A stretch of DNA of 64,000 nucleotides, taken from contig OZ024743.1 in the NCBI GenBank assembly GCA_964016885.1, forward strand, positions 212,102,001-212,166,000, in the 5' to 3' direction. This document shows, piece after piece, positions 23,545-37,300 of the stretch. The stretch's first letter is position 1. Every line of letters starts with the position of its first letter. Position numbers and translations under genes: made by a program. The notes beneath the pieces were generated by a model. That model did no database searches. It saw only the letters and a program-made list of their open reading frames with translations, and had not been told where the DNA came from. This stretch comes from Eledone cirrhosa (lineage: Eukaryota).

Positions 23545-26500
23545 TTACAGATGGATCCCACCACGGGCGGCCGGCCCACAATCGAAAAGGTTACTCCGCC
23601 TGCAAATCGTCATTTTCGGATTCGTTTTCTTCGAAGCACACCATTCGCCGGCGGACTTCAGCTGCCTCATTTAGCATGGGCAGTTTTTCTTGAAGATCAC
23701 ACCACACACAGCCAATGAGTGTCTGCACATGTACCAGTAATTAGAGATCGATCCGACCACGGGCGGCCGGCCCACGATCGAGAAAAAGGTAACTCCGCCG
23801 GCAAATCGTCATTTTTGTGATCCGTTTTCTTCGAAGCACACCATTCGCCGCCGGACTTCAGCTGCCTCATTTAGCATGGGCAGTTTTTTTTGAAAATCAC
23901 ACCACACACAACCAATGTGTGTCTGCACATGTACCAGTAATTACAGATCGATCCGACCACGGGCGGCCGGCCCGCGATTGAAAAGGTAACTCCGCCGGCA
24001 AATCGTCATTTTTGTGATTCGTTTTCTTCGAAGCACACCATTCGCCGCCGGACTTCAGCTGCCTCATTTAGCATGGGCAGTTTTTTTTGAAAATCACACC
24101 ACACACAACCAATGTGTGTCTGCACATGTACCAGTAATTACAGATCGATCCCACCACGAGTTCAATGTAAACTAACTTACGCTCAACGACTTTGTTGACG
24201 TTTAACACGGTTTGGTTCCACAGCCACAACTATTGATTTTAAGGAGATATCTTGCTGAAATTCACGCCACACATAGCCAATGAGTATCTGCACATGTACC
24301 AGTAATTACAGATCGATCCGACCACGGACGGCCGGCCCGCGATTGAAAAGGTAACTCCGCCGGCAAATCGTCATTTTTGGATTCGTTTTCTTCGAAGCAC
24401 ACCATTCGCCGGCGTACTTTGTTGACGTTTAACACGGTTTGGTTCCACAGCCACAACTATTGATTTTAAGGAGATATCTTGCTGAAATTCACGCCACACA
24501 TAGCCAATGAGTGTCTGCACATGTACCAGTAATTACAGATGGATCCCACCACGGGCGGCCGGCCCACAATCGAAAAGGTTACTCCGCCTGCAAATCGTCA
24601 TTTTCGGATTCGTTTTCTTCGAAGCACACCATTCGCCGGCGGACTTCAGCTGCCTCATTTAGCATGAGCAGTTTTTCTTGAAGATCACACCACACACAGC
24701 CAATGAGTGTCTGCACATATACCAGTAATTACAGATGGATCCCACCACGGGCGGCCGGCCCACAATCGAAAAGGTTACTCCGCCTGCAAATCGTCATTTT
24801 CGGATTCGTTTTCTTCGAAGCACACCATTCGCCGGCGGACTTGAGCTGCCTCATTTAGCATGGGCAGTTTTTCTTGAAGATCACACCACACACACCCAAT
24901 GAGTGTCTGCACATGTACCAGTAATTAGAGATCGATCCGACCATGGGCGGCCGGCCCACGATCGAGAAAAAGGTAACTCCGCCGGCAAATCGTCATTTTT
25001 GTGATCCGTTTTCTTCGAAGCACACCATTCGCCGCCGGACTTCAGCTGCCTCATTTAGCATGGGCAGTTTTTTTTGAAAATCACACCACACACAACCAAT
25101 GTGTGTCTGCACATGTACCAGTAATTACAGATCGATCCGACCACGGGCGGCCGGCCCGCGATTGAAAAGGTAACTCCGCCGGCAAATCGTCATTTTTGTG
25201 ATTCGTTTTCTTCGAAGCACACCATTCGCCGCCGGACTTCAGCTGCCTCATTTAGCATGGGCAGTTTTTTTTGAAAATCACACCACACACAACCAATGTG
25301 TGTCTGCACATGTACCAGTAATTACAGATCGATCCCACCACGAGTTCAATGTAAACAAACTTACGCTCAACGACTTTGTTGACGTTTAACACGGTTTGGT
25401 TCCACAGCCACAACTATTGATTTTACGGAGATATCTTGCTGAAATTCACGCCACACATAGCCAATGAGTGTCTGCACATGTAGCAGTAATTACAGATCGA
25501 TCCGACCACGGATGGCCGGCCCGCGATTGAAAAGGTAACTCCGCCGGCAAATCGTCATTTTTGGATTCGTTTTCTTCGAAGCACACCATTCGCCGGCGGA
25601 CTTTGTTGACGTTTAACACGGTTTGGTTCCACAGCCACAGCTATTGATTTTAAGGAGATATCTTGCTGAAATTCACGCCACACATAGCCAATGAGTGTCT
25701 GCACATGTACTAGTAATTACAGATGGATCCCACCACGGGCGGCCGGCCCACAATCGAAAAGGTTACTCCGCCTGCAAATCGTCATTTTCGGATTCGTTTT
25801 CTTCGAAGCACACCATTCGCCGGCGGACTTCAGCTGCCTCATTTAGCATGGGCAGTTTTTCTTGAAGATCACACCACACACAGCCAATGAGTGTCTGCAC
25901 ATGTACCAGTAATTAGAGATCGATCCGACCACGGGCGGCCGGCCCACGATCGAGAAAAAGGTAACTCCGCCGGCAAATCGTCATTTTTGTGATCCGTTTT
26001 CTTCGAAGCACACCATTCGCCGCCGGACTTCAGCTGCCTCATTTAGCATGGGCAGTTTTCTTTGAAAATCACACCACACACAACCAATGTGTGTCTGCAC
26101 ATGTACCAGTAATTACAGATCGATCCGACCACGGGCGGCCGGCCCGCGATTGAAAAGGTAACTCCGCCGGCAAATCGTCATTTTTGTGATTCGTTTTCTT
26201 CGAAGCACACCATTCGCCGCCGGACTTCAGCTGCCTCATTTAGCATGGGCAGTTTTTTTTGAAAATCACACCACACACAAGCAATGTGTGTCTGCACATG
26301 TACCAGTAATTACAGATCGATCCCACCACGAGTTCAATGTAAACTAACTTACGCTCAACGACTTTGTTGACGTTTAACACGGTTTGGTTCCACAGCCACA
26401 ACTATTGATTTTAAGGAGATATCTTGCTGAAATTCACGCCACACATAGCCAATGAGTGTCTGCACATGTACCAGTAATTACAGATCGATCCGACCACGGA

Positions 26501-29500
26501 CGGCCGGCCCGCGATTGAAAAGGTAACTCCGCCGGCAAATCGTCATTTTTGGATTCGTTTTCTTCGAAGCACACCATTCGCCGGCGTACTTTGTTGACGT
26601 TTAACACGGTTTGGTTCCACAGCCACAACTATTGATTTTAAGGAGATATCTTGCTGAAATTCACGCCACACATAGCCAATGAGTGTCTGCACATGTACCA
26701 GTAATTACAGATGGATCCCAACACGGGCGGCCGGCCCACAATCGAAAAGGTTACTCCGCCTGCAAATCGTCATTTTCGGATTCGTTTTCTTCGAAGCACA
26801 CCATTCGCCGGCGGACTTCAGCTGCCTCATTTAGCATGAGCAGTTTTTCTTGAAGATCACACCACACACAGCCAATGAGTGTCTGCACATGTACCATTAA
26901 TTACAGATGGATCCCACCACGGGCGGCCGGCCCACAGTCGAAAAGGTTACTCCGCCTGCAAATCGTCATTTTCGGATTCGTTTTCTTCGAAGCACACCAT
27001 TCGCCGGCGGACTTCAGCTGCCTCATTTAGCATGGGCAGTTTTTCTTGAAGATCACACCACACACAGCCAATGAGTGTCTGCACATGTACCAGTAATTAG
27101 AGATCGATCCGACCACGGGCGGCCGGCCCACGATCGAGAAAAAGGTAACTCCGCCGGCAAATCGTCATTTTTGTGATCCGTTTTCTTCGAAGCACACCAT
27201 TCGCCGCCGGACTTCAGCTGCCTCATTTAGCATGGGCAGTTTTTTTTGAAAATCACACCACACACAACCAATGTGTGTCTGCACATGTACCAGTAATTAC
27301 AGATCGATCCGACCACGGGCGGCCGGCCCGCGATTGAAAAGGTAACTCCGCCGGCAAATCGTCATTTTTGTGATTCGTTTTCTTCGAAGCACACCATTCG
27401 CCGCCGGACTTCAGCTGCCTCATTTAGCATGGGCAGTTTTTTTTGAAAATCACACCACACACAACCAATGTGTGTCTGCACATGTACCAGTAATTACAGA
27501 TCGATCCCACCACGAGTTCAATGTAAACTAACTTACGCTCAACGACTTTGTTGACGTTTAACACGGTTTGGTTCCACAGCCACAACTATTGATTTTAAGG
27601 AGATATCTTGCTGAAATTCACGCCACACATAGCCAATGAGTGTCTGCACATGTACCAGTAATTACAGATCGATCCGACCACGGACGGCCGGCCCGCGATT
27701 GAAAAGGTAACTCCGCCGGCAAATCGTCATTTTTGGATTCGTTTTCTTCGAAGCACACCATTCGCCGGCGTACTTTGTTGACGTTTAACACGGTTTGGTT
27801 CCACAGCCACAACTATTGATTTTAAGGAGATATCTTGCTGAAATTCACGCCACACATAGCCAATGAGTGTCTGCACATGTACCAGTAATTACAGATGGAT
27901 CCCACCACGGGCGGCCGGCCCACAATCGAAAAGGTTACTCCGCCTGCAAATCGTCATTTTCGGATTCGTTTTCTTCGAAGCACACCATTCGCCGGCGGAC
28001 TTCAGCTGCCTCATTTAGCATGGGCAGTTTTTCTTGAAGATCACACCACACACAGCCAATGAGTGTCTGCACATGTACCAGTAATTACAGATGGATCCCA
28101 CCACGGGCGGCCGGCCCACAATCGAAAAGGTTACTCCGCCTGCAAATCGTCATTTTCGGATTCGTTTTCTTCGAAGCACACCATTCGCCGGCGGACTTCA
28201 GCTGCCTCATTTAGCATGGGCAGTTTTTCTTGAAGATCACACCACACACAGCCAATGAGTGTCTGCACATGTACCAGTAATTAGAGATCGATCCGACCAC
28301 GGGCGGCCGGCCCACGATCGAGAAAAAGGTAACTCCGCCGGCAAATCGTCATTTTTGTGATCCGTTTTCTTCGAAGCACACCATTCGCCGCCGGACTTCA
28401 GCTGCCTCATTTAGCATGGGCAGTTTTTTTTGAAAATCACACCACACACAACCAATGTGTGTCTGCACATGTACCAGTAATTACAGATCGATCCGACCAC
28501 GGGCGGCCGGCCCGCGATTGAAAAGGTAACTCCGCCGGCAAATCGTCATTTTTGTGATTCGTTTTCTTCGAAGCACACCATTCGCCGCCGGACTTCAGCT
28601 GCCTCATTTAGCATGGGCAGTTTTTTTTGAAAATCACACCACACACAACCAATGTGTGTCTGCACATGTACCAGTAATTACAGATCGATCCCACCACGAG
28701 TTCAATGTAAACTAACTTACGCTCAACGACTTTGTTGACGTTTAACACGGTTTGGTTCCACAGCCACAACTATTGATTTTAAGGAGATATCTTGCTGAAA
28801 TTCACGCCACACATAGCCAATGAGTATCTGCACATGTACCAGTAATTACAGATCGATCCGACCACGGACGGCCGGCCCGCGATTGAAAAGGTAACTCCGC
28901 CGGCAAATCGTCATTTTTGGATTCGTTTTCTTCGAAGCACACCATTCGCCGGCGTACTTTGTTGACGTTTAACACGGTTTGGTTCCACAGCCACAACTAT
29001 TGATTTTAAGGAGATATCTTGCTGAAATTCACGCCACACATAGCCAATGAGTGTCTGCACATGTACCAGTAATTACAGATGGATCCCACCACGGGCGGCC
29101 GGCCCACAATCGAAAAGGTTACTCCGCCTGCAAATCGTCATTTTCGGATTCGTTTTCTTCGAAGCACACCATTCGCCGGCGGACTTCAGCTGCCTCATTT
29201 AGCATGAGCAGTTTTTCTTGAAGATCACACCACACACAGCCAATGAGTGTCTGCACATATACCAGTAATTACAGATGGATCCCACCACGGGCGGCCGGCC
29301 CACAATCGAAAAGGTTACTCCGCCTGCAAATCGTCATTTTCGGATTCGTTTTCTTCGAAGCACACCATTCGCCGGCGGACTTGAGCTGCCTCATTTAGCA
29401 TGGGCAGTTTTTCTTGAAGATCACACCACACACACCCAATGAGTGTCTGCACATGTACCAGTAATTAGAGATCGATCCGACCATGGGCGGCCGGCCCACG

Positions 29501-32500
29501 ATCGAGAAAAAGGTAACTCCGCCGGCAAATCGTCATTTTTGTGATCCGTTTTCTTCGAAGCACACCATTCGCCGCCGGACTTCAGCTGCCTCATTTAGCA
29601 TGGGCAGTTTTTTTTGAAAATCACACCACACACAACCAATGTGTGTCTGCACATGTACCAGTAATTACAGATCGATCCGACCACGGGCGGCCGGCCCGCG
29701 ATTGAAAAGGTAACTCCGCCGGCAAATCGTCATTTTTGTGATTCGTTTTCTTCGAAGCACACCATTCGCCGCCGGACTTCAGCTGCCTCATTTAGCATGG
29801 GCAGTTTTTTTTGAAAATCACACCACACACAACCAATGTGTGTCTGCACATGTACCAGTAATTACAGATCGATCCCACCACGAGTTCAATGTAAACAAAC
29901 TTACGCTCAACGACTTTGTTGACGTTTAACACGGTTTGGTTCCACAGCCACAACTATTGATTTTACGGAGATATCTTGCTGAAATTCACGCCACACATAG
30001 CCAATGAGTGTCTGCACATGTAGCAGTAATTACAGATCGATCCGACCACGGATGGCCGGCCCGCGATTGAAAAGGTAACTCCGCCGGCAAATCGTCATTT
30101 TTGGATTCGTTTTCTTCGAAGCACACCATTCGCCGGCGGACTTTGTTGACGTTTAACACGGTTTGGTTCCACAGCCACAGCTATTGATTTTAAGGAGATA
30201 TCTTGCTGAAATTCACGCCACACATAGCCAATGAGTGTCTGCACATGTACTAGTAATTACAGATGGATCCCACCACGGGCGGCCGGCCCACAATCGAAAA
30301 GGTTACTCCGCCTGCAAATCGTCATTTTCGGATTCGTTTTCTTCGAAGCACACCATTCGCCGGCGGACTTCAGCTGCCTCATTTAGCATGGGCAGTTTTT
30401 CTTGAAGATCACACCACACACAGCCAATGAGTGTCTGCACATGTACCAGTAATTAGAGATCGATCCGACCACGGGCGGCCGGCCCACGATCGAGAAAAAG
30501 GTAACTCCGCCGGCAAATCGTCATTTTTGTGATCCGTTTTCTTCGAAGCACACCATTCGCCGCCGGACTTCAGCTGCCTCATTTAGCATGGGCAGTTTTC
30601 TTTGAAAATCACACCACACACAACCAATGTGTGTCTGCACATGTACCAGTAATTACAGATCGATCCGACCACGGGCGGCCGGCCCGCGATTGAAAAGGTA
30701 ACTCCGCCGGCAAATCGTCATTTTTGTGATTCGTTTTCTTCGAAGCACACCATTCGCCGCCGGACTTCAGCTGCCTCATTTAGCATGGGCAGTTTTTTTT
30801 GAAAATCACACCACACACAAGCAATGTGTGTCTGCACATGTACCAGTAATTACAGATCGATCCCACCACGAGTTCAATGTAAACTAACTTACGCTCAACG
30901 ACTTTGTTGACGTTTAACACGGTTTGGTTCCACAGCCACAACTATTGATTTTAAGGAGATATCTTGCTGAAATTCACGCCACACATAGCCAATGAGTGTC
31001 TGCACATGTACCAGTAATTACAGATCGATCCGACCACGGACGGCCGGCCCGCGATTGAAAAGGTAACTCCGCCGGCAAATCGTCATTTTTGGATTCGTTT
31101 TCTTCGAAGCACACCATTCGCCGGCGTACTTTGTTGACGTTTAACACGGTTTGGTTCCACAGCCACAACTATTGATTTTAAGGAGATATCTTGCTGAAAT
31201 TCACGCCACACATAGCCAATGAGTGTCTGCACATGTACCAGTAATTACAGATGGATCCCAACACGGGCGGCCGGCCCACAATCGAAAAGGTTACTCCGCC
31301 TGCAAATCGTCATTTTCGGATTCGTTTTCTTCGAAGCACACCATTCGCCGGCGGACTTCAGCTGCCTCATTTAGCATGAGCAGTTTTTCTTGAAGATCAC
31401 ACCACACACAGCCAATGAGTGTCTGCACATGTACCATTAATTACAGATGGATCCCACCACGGGCGGCCGGCCCACAGTCGAAAAGGTTACTCCGCCTGCA
31501 AATCGTCATTTTCGGATTCGTTTTCTTCGAAGCACACCATTCGCCGGCGGACTTCAGCTGCCTCATTTAGCATGGGCAGTTTTTCTTGAAGATCACACCA
31601 CACACAGCCAATGAGTGTCTGCACATGTACCAGTAATTAGAGATCGATCCGACCACGGGCGGCCGGCCCACGATCGAGAAAAAGGTAACTCCGCCGGCAA
31701 ATCGTCATTTTTGTGATCCGTTTTCTTCGAAGCACACCATTCGCCGCCGGACTTCAGCTGCCTCATTTAGCATGGGCAGTTTTTTTTGAAAATCACACCA
31801 CACACAACCAATGTGTGTCTGCACATGTACCAGTAATTACAGATCGATCCGACCACGGGCGGCCGGCCCGCGATTGAAAAGGTAACTCCGCCGGCAAATC
31901 GTCATTTTTGTGATTCGTTTTCTTCGAAGCACACCATTCGCCGCCGGACTTCAGCTGCCTCATTTAGCATGGGCAGTTTTTTTTGAAAATCACACCACAC
32001 ACAACCAATGTGTGTCTGCACATGTACCAGTAATTACAGATCGATCCCACCACGAGTTCAATGTAAACTAACTTACGCTCAACGACTTTGTTGACGTTTA
32101 ACACGGTTTGGTTCCACAGCCACAACTATTGATTTTAAGGAGATATCTTGCTGAAATTCACGCCACACATAGCCAATGAGTGTCTGCACATGTACCAGTA
32201 ATTACAGATCGATCCGACCACGGACGGCCGGCCCGCGATTGAAAAGGTAACTCCGCCGGCAAATCGTCATTTTTGGATTCGTTTTCTTCGAAGCACACCA
32301 TTCGCCGGCGTACTTTGTTGACGTTTAACACGGTTTGGTTCCACAGCCACAACTATTGATTTTAAGGAGATATCTTGCTGAAATTCACGCCACACATAGC
32401 CAATGAGTGTCTGCACATGTACCAGTAATTACAGATGGATCCCACCACGGGCGGCCGGCCCACAATCGAAAAGGTTACTCCGCCTGCAAATCGTCATTTT

Positions 32501-32790
32501 CGGATTCGTTTTCTTCGAAGCACACCATTCGCCGGCGGACTTCAGCTGCCTCATTTAGCATGGGCAGTTTTTCTTGAAGATCACACCACACACAGCCAAT
32601 GAGTGTCTGCACATGTACCAGTAATTACAGATGGATCCCACCACGGGCGGCCGGCCCACAATCGAAAAGGTTACTCCGCCTGCAAATCGTCATTTTCGGA
32701 TTCGTTTTCTTCGAAGCACACCATTCGCCGGCGGACTTCAGCTGCCTCATTTAGCATGGGCAGTTTTTCTTGAAGATCACACCACACACA
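23545..32790 (+). repeat. Tandem duplication of a 4540 bp unit (3x1184+988; 23 monomers)
   Basis: Private variants pair at a +4540 offset: TGAGTATCTG 24281/28821, GCACATAT ~24713/29253, AAGCAATG ~26279/30819, CCCAACACG ~26717/31257, ACCATTAA ~26893/31433 and CACAGTCG ~26933/31473. Confidence 0.92.
26705..30256 (+). repeat. 1184 bp 6-mer HOR (A-A-B-C-D-E), three consecutive copies; also at 18052-20419 and elsewhere
   Basis: 196+196+200+197+168+227=1184. ORF echoes lie at 26434/27618/28802, 18965/20149, 30974/32158 and 34721/35905. Confidence 0.92.
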
Positions 32791-32820
32791 GTCAATGAGT
32801 GTCTGCACATGTACCAGTAA

Positions 32821-34396
32821 TTAGAGATCGATCCGACCATGGGCGGCCGGCCCACGATCGAGAAAATGGTAACTCCGCCGGCAAATCGTCATTTTTGTGA
32901 TCCGTTTTCTTCGAAGCACACCATTCGCCGCCGGACTTCAGCTGCCTCATTTAGCATGGGCAGTTTTTTTTGAAAATCACACCACACACAACCAATGTGT
33001 GTCTGCACATGTACCAGTAATTACAGATCGATCCCACCACGGGCGGCCGGCCCACAATCGAAAAGGTTACTCCGCCTGCAAATCGTCATTTTCGGATTCG
33101 TTTTCTTCGAAGCACACCATTCGCCGGCGGACTTCAGCTGCCTCATTTAGCATGAGCAGTTTTTCTTGAAGATCACACCACACACAGCCAATGAGTGTCT
33201 GCACATGTACCAGTAATTACAGATGGATCCCCCCACGGGCGGCCGGCCCACAATCGAAAAGGTTACTCCGCCTGCAAATCGTCATTTTCGGATTCGTTTT
33301 CTTCGAAGCACACCATTCGCCGGCGGACTTCAGCTGCCTCATTTAGCATGAGCAGTTTTTCTTGAAGATCACACCACACACAGCCAATGAGTGTCTGCAC
33401 ATGTACCAGTAATTACAGATGGATCCCACCACGGGCGGCCGGCCCACAATCGAAAAGGTTACTCCGCCTGCAAATCGTCATTTTCGGATTCGTTTTCTTC
33501 GAAGCACACCATTCGCCGGCGGACTTCAGCTGCCTCATTTAGCATGGGCAGTTTTTCTTGAAGATCACACCACACACAGCCAATGAGTGTCTGCACATGT
33601 ACCAGTAATTAGAGATCGATCCGACCACGGGCGGCCGGCCCACGATCGAGAAAAAGGTAACTCCGCCGGCAAATCGTCATTTTTGTGATCCGTTTTCTTC
33701 GAAGCACACCATTCGCCGCCGGACTTCAGCTGCCTCATTTAGCATGGGCAGTTTTTTTTGAAAATCACACCACACACAACCAATGTGTGTCTGCACATGT
33801 ACCAGTAATTACAGATCGATCCCACCACGGGCGGCCGGCCCACAATCGAAAAGGTTACTCCGCCTGCAAATCGTCATTTTCGGATTCGTTTTCTTCGAAG
33901 CACACCATTCGCCGGCGGACTTCAGCTGCCTCATTTAGCATGAGCAGTTTTTCTTGAAGATCACACCACACACAGCCAATGAGTGTCTGCACATGTACCA
34001 GTAATTACAGATGGATCCCCCCACGGGCGGCCGGCCCACAATCGAAAAGGTTACTCCGCCTGCAAATCGTCATTTTCGGATTCGTTTTCTTCGAAGCACA
34101 CCATTCGCCGGCGGACTTCAGCTGCCTCATTTAGCATGAGCAGTTTTTCTTGAAGATCACACCACACACAGCCAATGAGTGTCTGCACATGTACCAGTAA
34201 TTACAGATGGATCCCACCACGGGCGGCCGGCCCACAATCGAAAAGGTTACTCCGCCTGCAAATCGTCATTTTCGGATTCGTTTTCTTCGAAGCACACCAT
34301 TCGCCGGCGGACTTCAGCTGCCTCATTTAGCATGGGCAGTTTTTCTTGAAGATCACACCACACACAGCCAATGAGTGTCTGCACATGTACCAGTAA
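32821..34396 (+). repeat. 788 bp 4-mer HOR (B-A'-A-A), two consecutive copies; recurs in the right half of the window
   Basis: 200+3x196=788. ORF echoes lie at 32897/33685 and 61364/62152. It is marked by the GATCCCCCCACG variant. Confidence 0.88.
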
Positions 34397-37300
34397 TTAG
34401 AGATCGATCCGACCACGGGCGGCCGGCCCACGATCGAGAAAAAGGTAACTCCGCCGGCAAATCGTCATTTTTGTGATCCGTTTTCTTCGAAGCACACCAT
34501 TCGCCGCCGGACTTCAGCTGCCTCATTTAGCATGGGCAGTTTTTTTTGAAAATCACACCACACACAACCAATGTGTGTCTGCACATGTACCAGTAATTAC
34601 AGATCGATCCCACCACGAGTTCAATGTAAACTAACTTACGCTCAACGACTTTGTTGACGTTTAACACGGTTTGGTTCCACAGCCACAACTATTGATTTTA
34701 AGGAGATATCTTGCTGAAATTCACGCCACACATAGCCAATGAGTGTCTGCACATGTACCAGTAATTACAGATCGATCCGACCACGGACGGCCGGCCCGCG
34801 ATTGAAAAGGTAACTCCGCCGGCAAATCGTCATTTTTGGATTCGTTTTCTTCGAAGCACACCATTCGCCGGCGTACTTTGTTGACGTTTAACACGGTTTG
34901 GTTCCACAGCCACAACTATTGATTTTAAGGAGATATCTTGCTGGAATTCACGCCACACATAGCCAATGAGTGTCTGCACATGTACCAGTAATTACAGATG
35001 GATCCCACCACGGGCGGCCGGCCCACAATCGAAAAGGTTACTCCGCCTGCAAATCGTCATTTTCGGATTCGTTTTCTTCGAAGCACACCATTCGCCGGCG
35101 GACTTCAGCTGCCTCATTTAGCATGAGCAGTTTTTCTTGAAGATCACACCACACACAGCCAATGAGTGTCTGCACATGTACCAGTAATTACAGATGGATC
35201 CCACCACGGGCGGCCGGCCCACAATCGAAAAGGTTACTCCGCCTGCAAATCGTCATTTTCGGATTCGTTTTCTTCGAAGCACACCATTCGCCGGCGGACT
35301 TCAGCTGCCTCATTTAGCATGGGCAGTTTTTCTTGAAGATCACACCACACACACCCAATGAGTGTCTGCACATGTACCAGTAATTAGAGATCGATCCGAC
35401 CACGGGCGGCCGGCCCACGATCGAGAAAAAGGTAACTCCGCCGGCAAATCGTCATTTTTGTGATCCGTTTTCTTCGAAGCACACCATTCGCCGCCGGACT
35501 TCAGCTGCCTCATTTAGCATGGGCAGTTTTTTTTGAAAATCACACCACACACAACCAATGTGTGTCTGCACATGTACCAGTAATTACAGATCGATCCGAC
35601 CACGGGCGGCCGGCCCGCGATTGAAAAGGTAACTCCGCCGGCAAATCGTCAATTTTGTGATTCGTTTTCTTCGAAGCACACCATTCGCCGCCGGACTTCA
35701 GCTGCCTCATTTAGCATGGGCAGTTTTTTTTGAAAATAACACCACACACAACCAATGTGTGTCTGCACATGTACCAGTAATTACAGATCGATCCCACCAC
35801 GAGTTCAATGTAAACAAACTTACGCTCAACGACTTTGTTGACGTTTAACACGGTTTGGTTCCACAGCCACAACTATTGATTTTAAGGAGATATCTTGCTG
35901 AAATTCACGCCACACATAGCCAATGAGTGTTTGCACATGTACCAGTAATTACAGATCGATCCGACCACGGACGGCCGGCCCGCGATTGAAAAGGTAACTC
36001 CGCCGGCAAATCGTCATTTTTGGATTCGTTTTCTTCGAAGCACACCATTCGCCGGCGTACTTTGTTGACGTTTAACACGGTTTGGTTCCACAGCCACAAC
36101 TATTGATTTTAAGGAGATATCTTGCTGAAATTCACGCCACACATAGCCAATGAGTGTCTGCACATGTACCAGTAATTACAGATGGATCCCACCACGGGCG
36201 GCTGGCCCACAATCGAAAAGGTTACTCCGCCTGCAAATCGTCATTTTCGGATTCGTTTTCTTCGAAGCACACCATTCGCCGGCGGACTTCAGCTGCCTCA
36301 TTTAGCATGAGCAGTTTTTCTTGAAGATCACACCACACACAGCCAATGAGTGTCTGCACATGTACCAGTAATTACAGATGGATCCCACCACGGGCGGCCG
36401 GCCCACAATCGAAAAGGTTACTCCGCCTGCAAATCGTCATTTTCGGATTCGTTTTCTTCGAAGCACACCATTCGCCGGCGGACTTCAGCTGCCTCATTTA
36501 GCATGAGCAGTTTTTCTTGAAGATCACACCACACATAGCCAATGAGTGTCTGCACATGTACCAGTAATTACAGATGGATCCCACCACGGGCGGCCGGCCC
36601 ACAATCGAAAAGGTTACTCCGCCTGCAAATCGTCATTTTCGGATTCGTTTTCTTCGAAGCACACCATTCGCCGGCGGACTTCAGCTGCCTCATTTAGCAT
36701 GGGCAGTTTTTCTTGAAGATCACACCACACACAGCCAATGAGTGTCTGCACATGTACCAGTAATTACAGATGGATCCCACCACGGGCGGCCGGCCCACAA
36801 TCGAAAAGGTTACTCCGCCTGCAAATCGTCATTTTCGGATTCGTTTTCTTCGAAGCACACCATTCGCCGGCGGACTTCAGCTGCCTCATTTAGCATGGGC
36901 AGTTTTTCTTGAAGATCACACCACACACAGCCAATGAGTGTCTGCACATGTACCAGTAATTAGAGATCGATCCGACCACGGGCGGCCGGCCCACGATCGA
37001 GAAAATGGTAACTCCGCCGGCAAATCGTCATTTTTGTGATCCGTTTTCTTCGAAGCACACCATTCGCCGCCGGACTTCAGCTGCCTCATTTAGCATGGGC
37101 AGTTTTTTTTGAAAATCACACCACACACAACCAATGTGTGTCTGCACATGTACCAGTAATTACAGATCGATCCCACCACGGGCGGCCGGCCCACAATCGA
37201 AAAGGTTACTCCGCCTGCAAATCGTCATTTTCGGATTCGTTTTCTTCGAAGCACACCCTTTCGCCGGCGGACTTCAGCTGCCTCATTTAGCATGAGCAGT

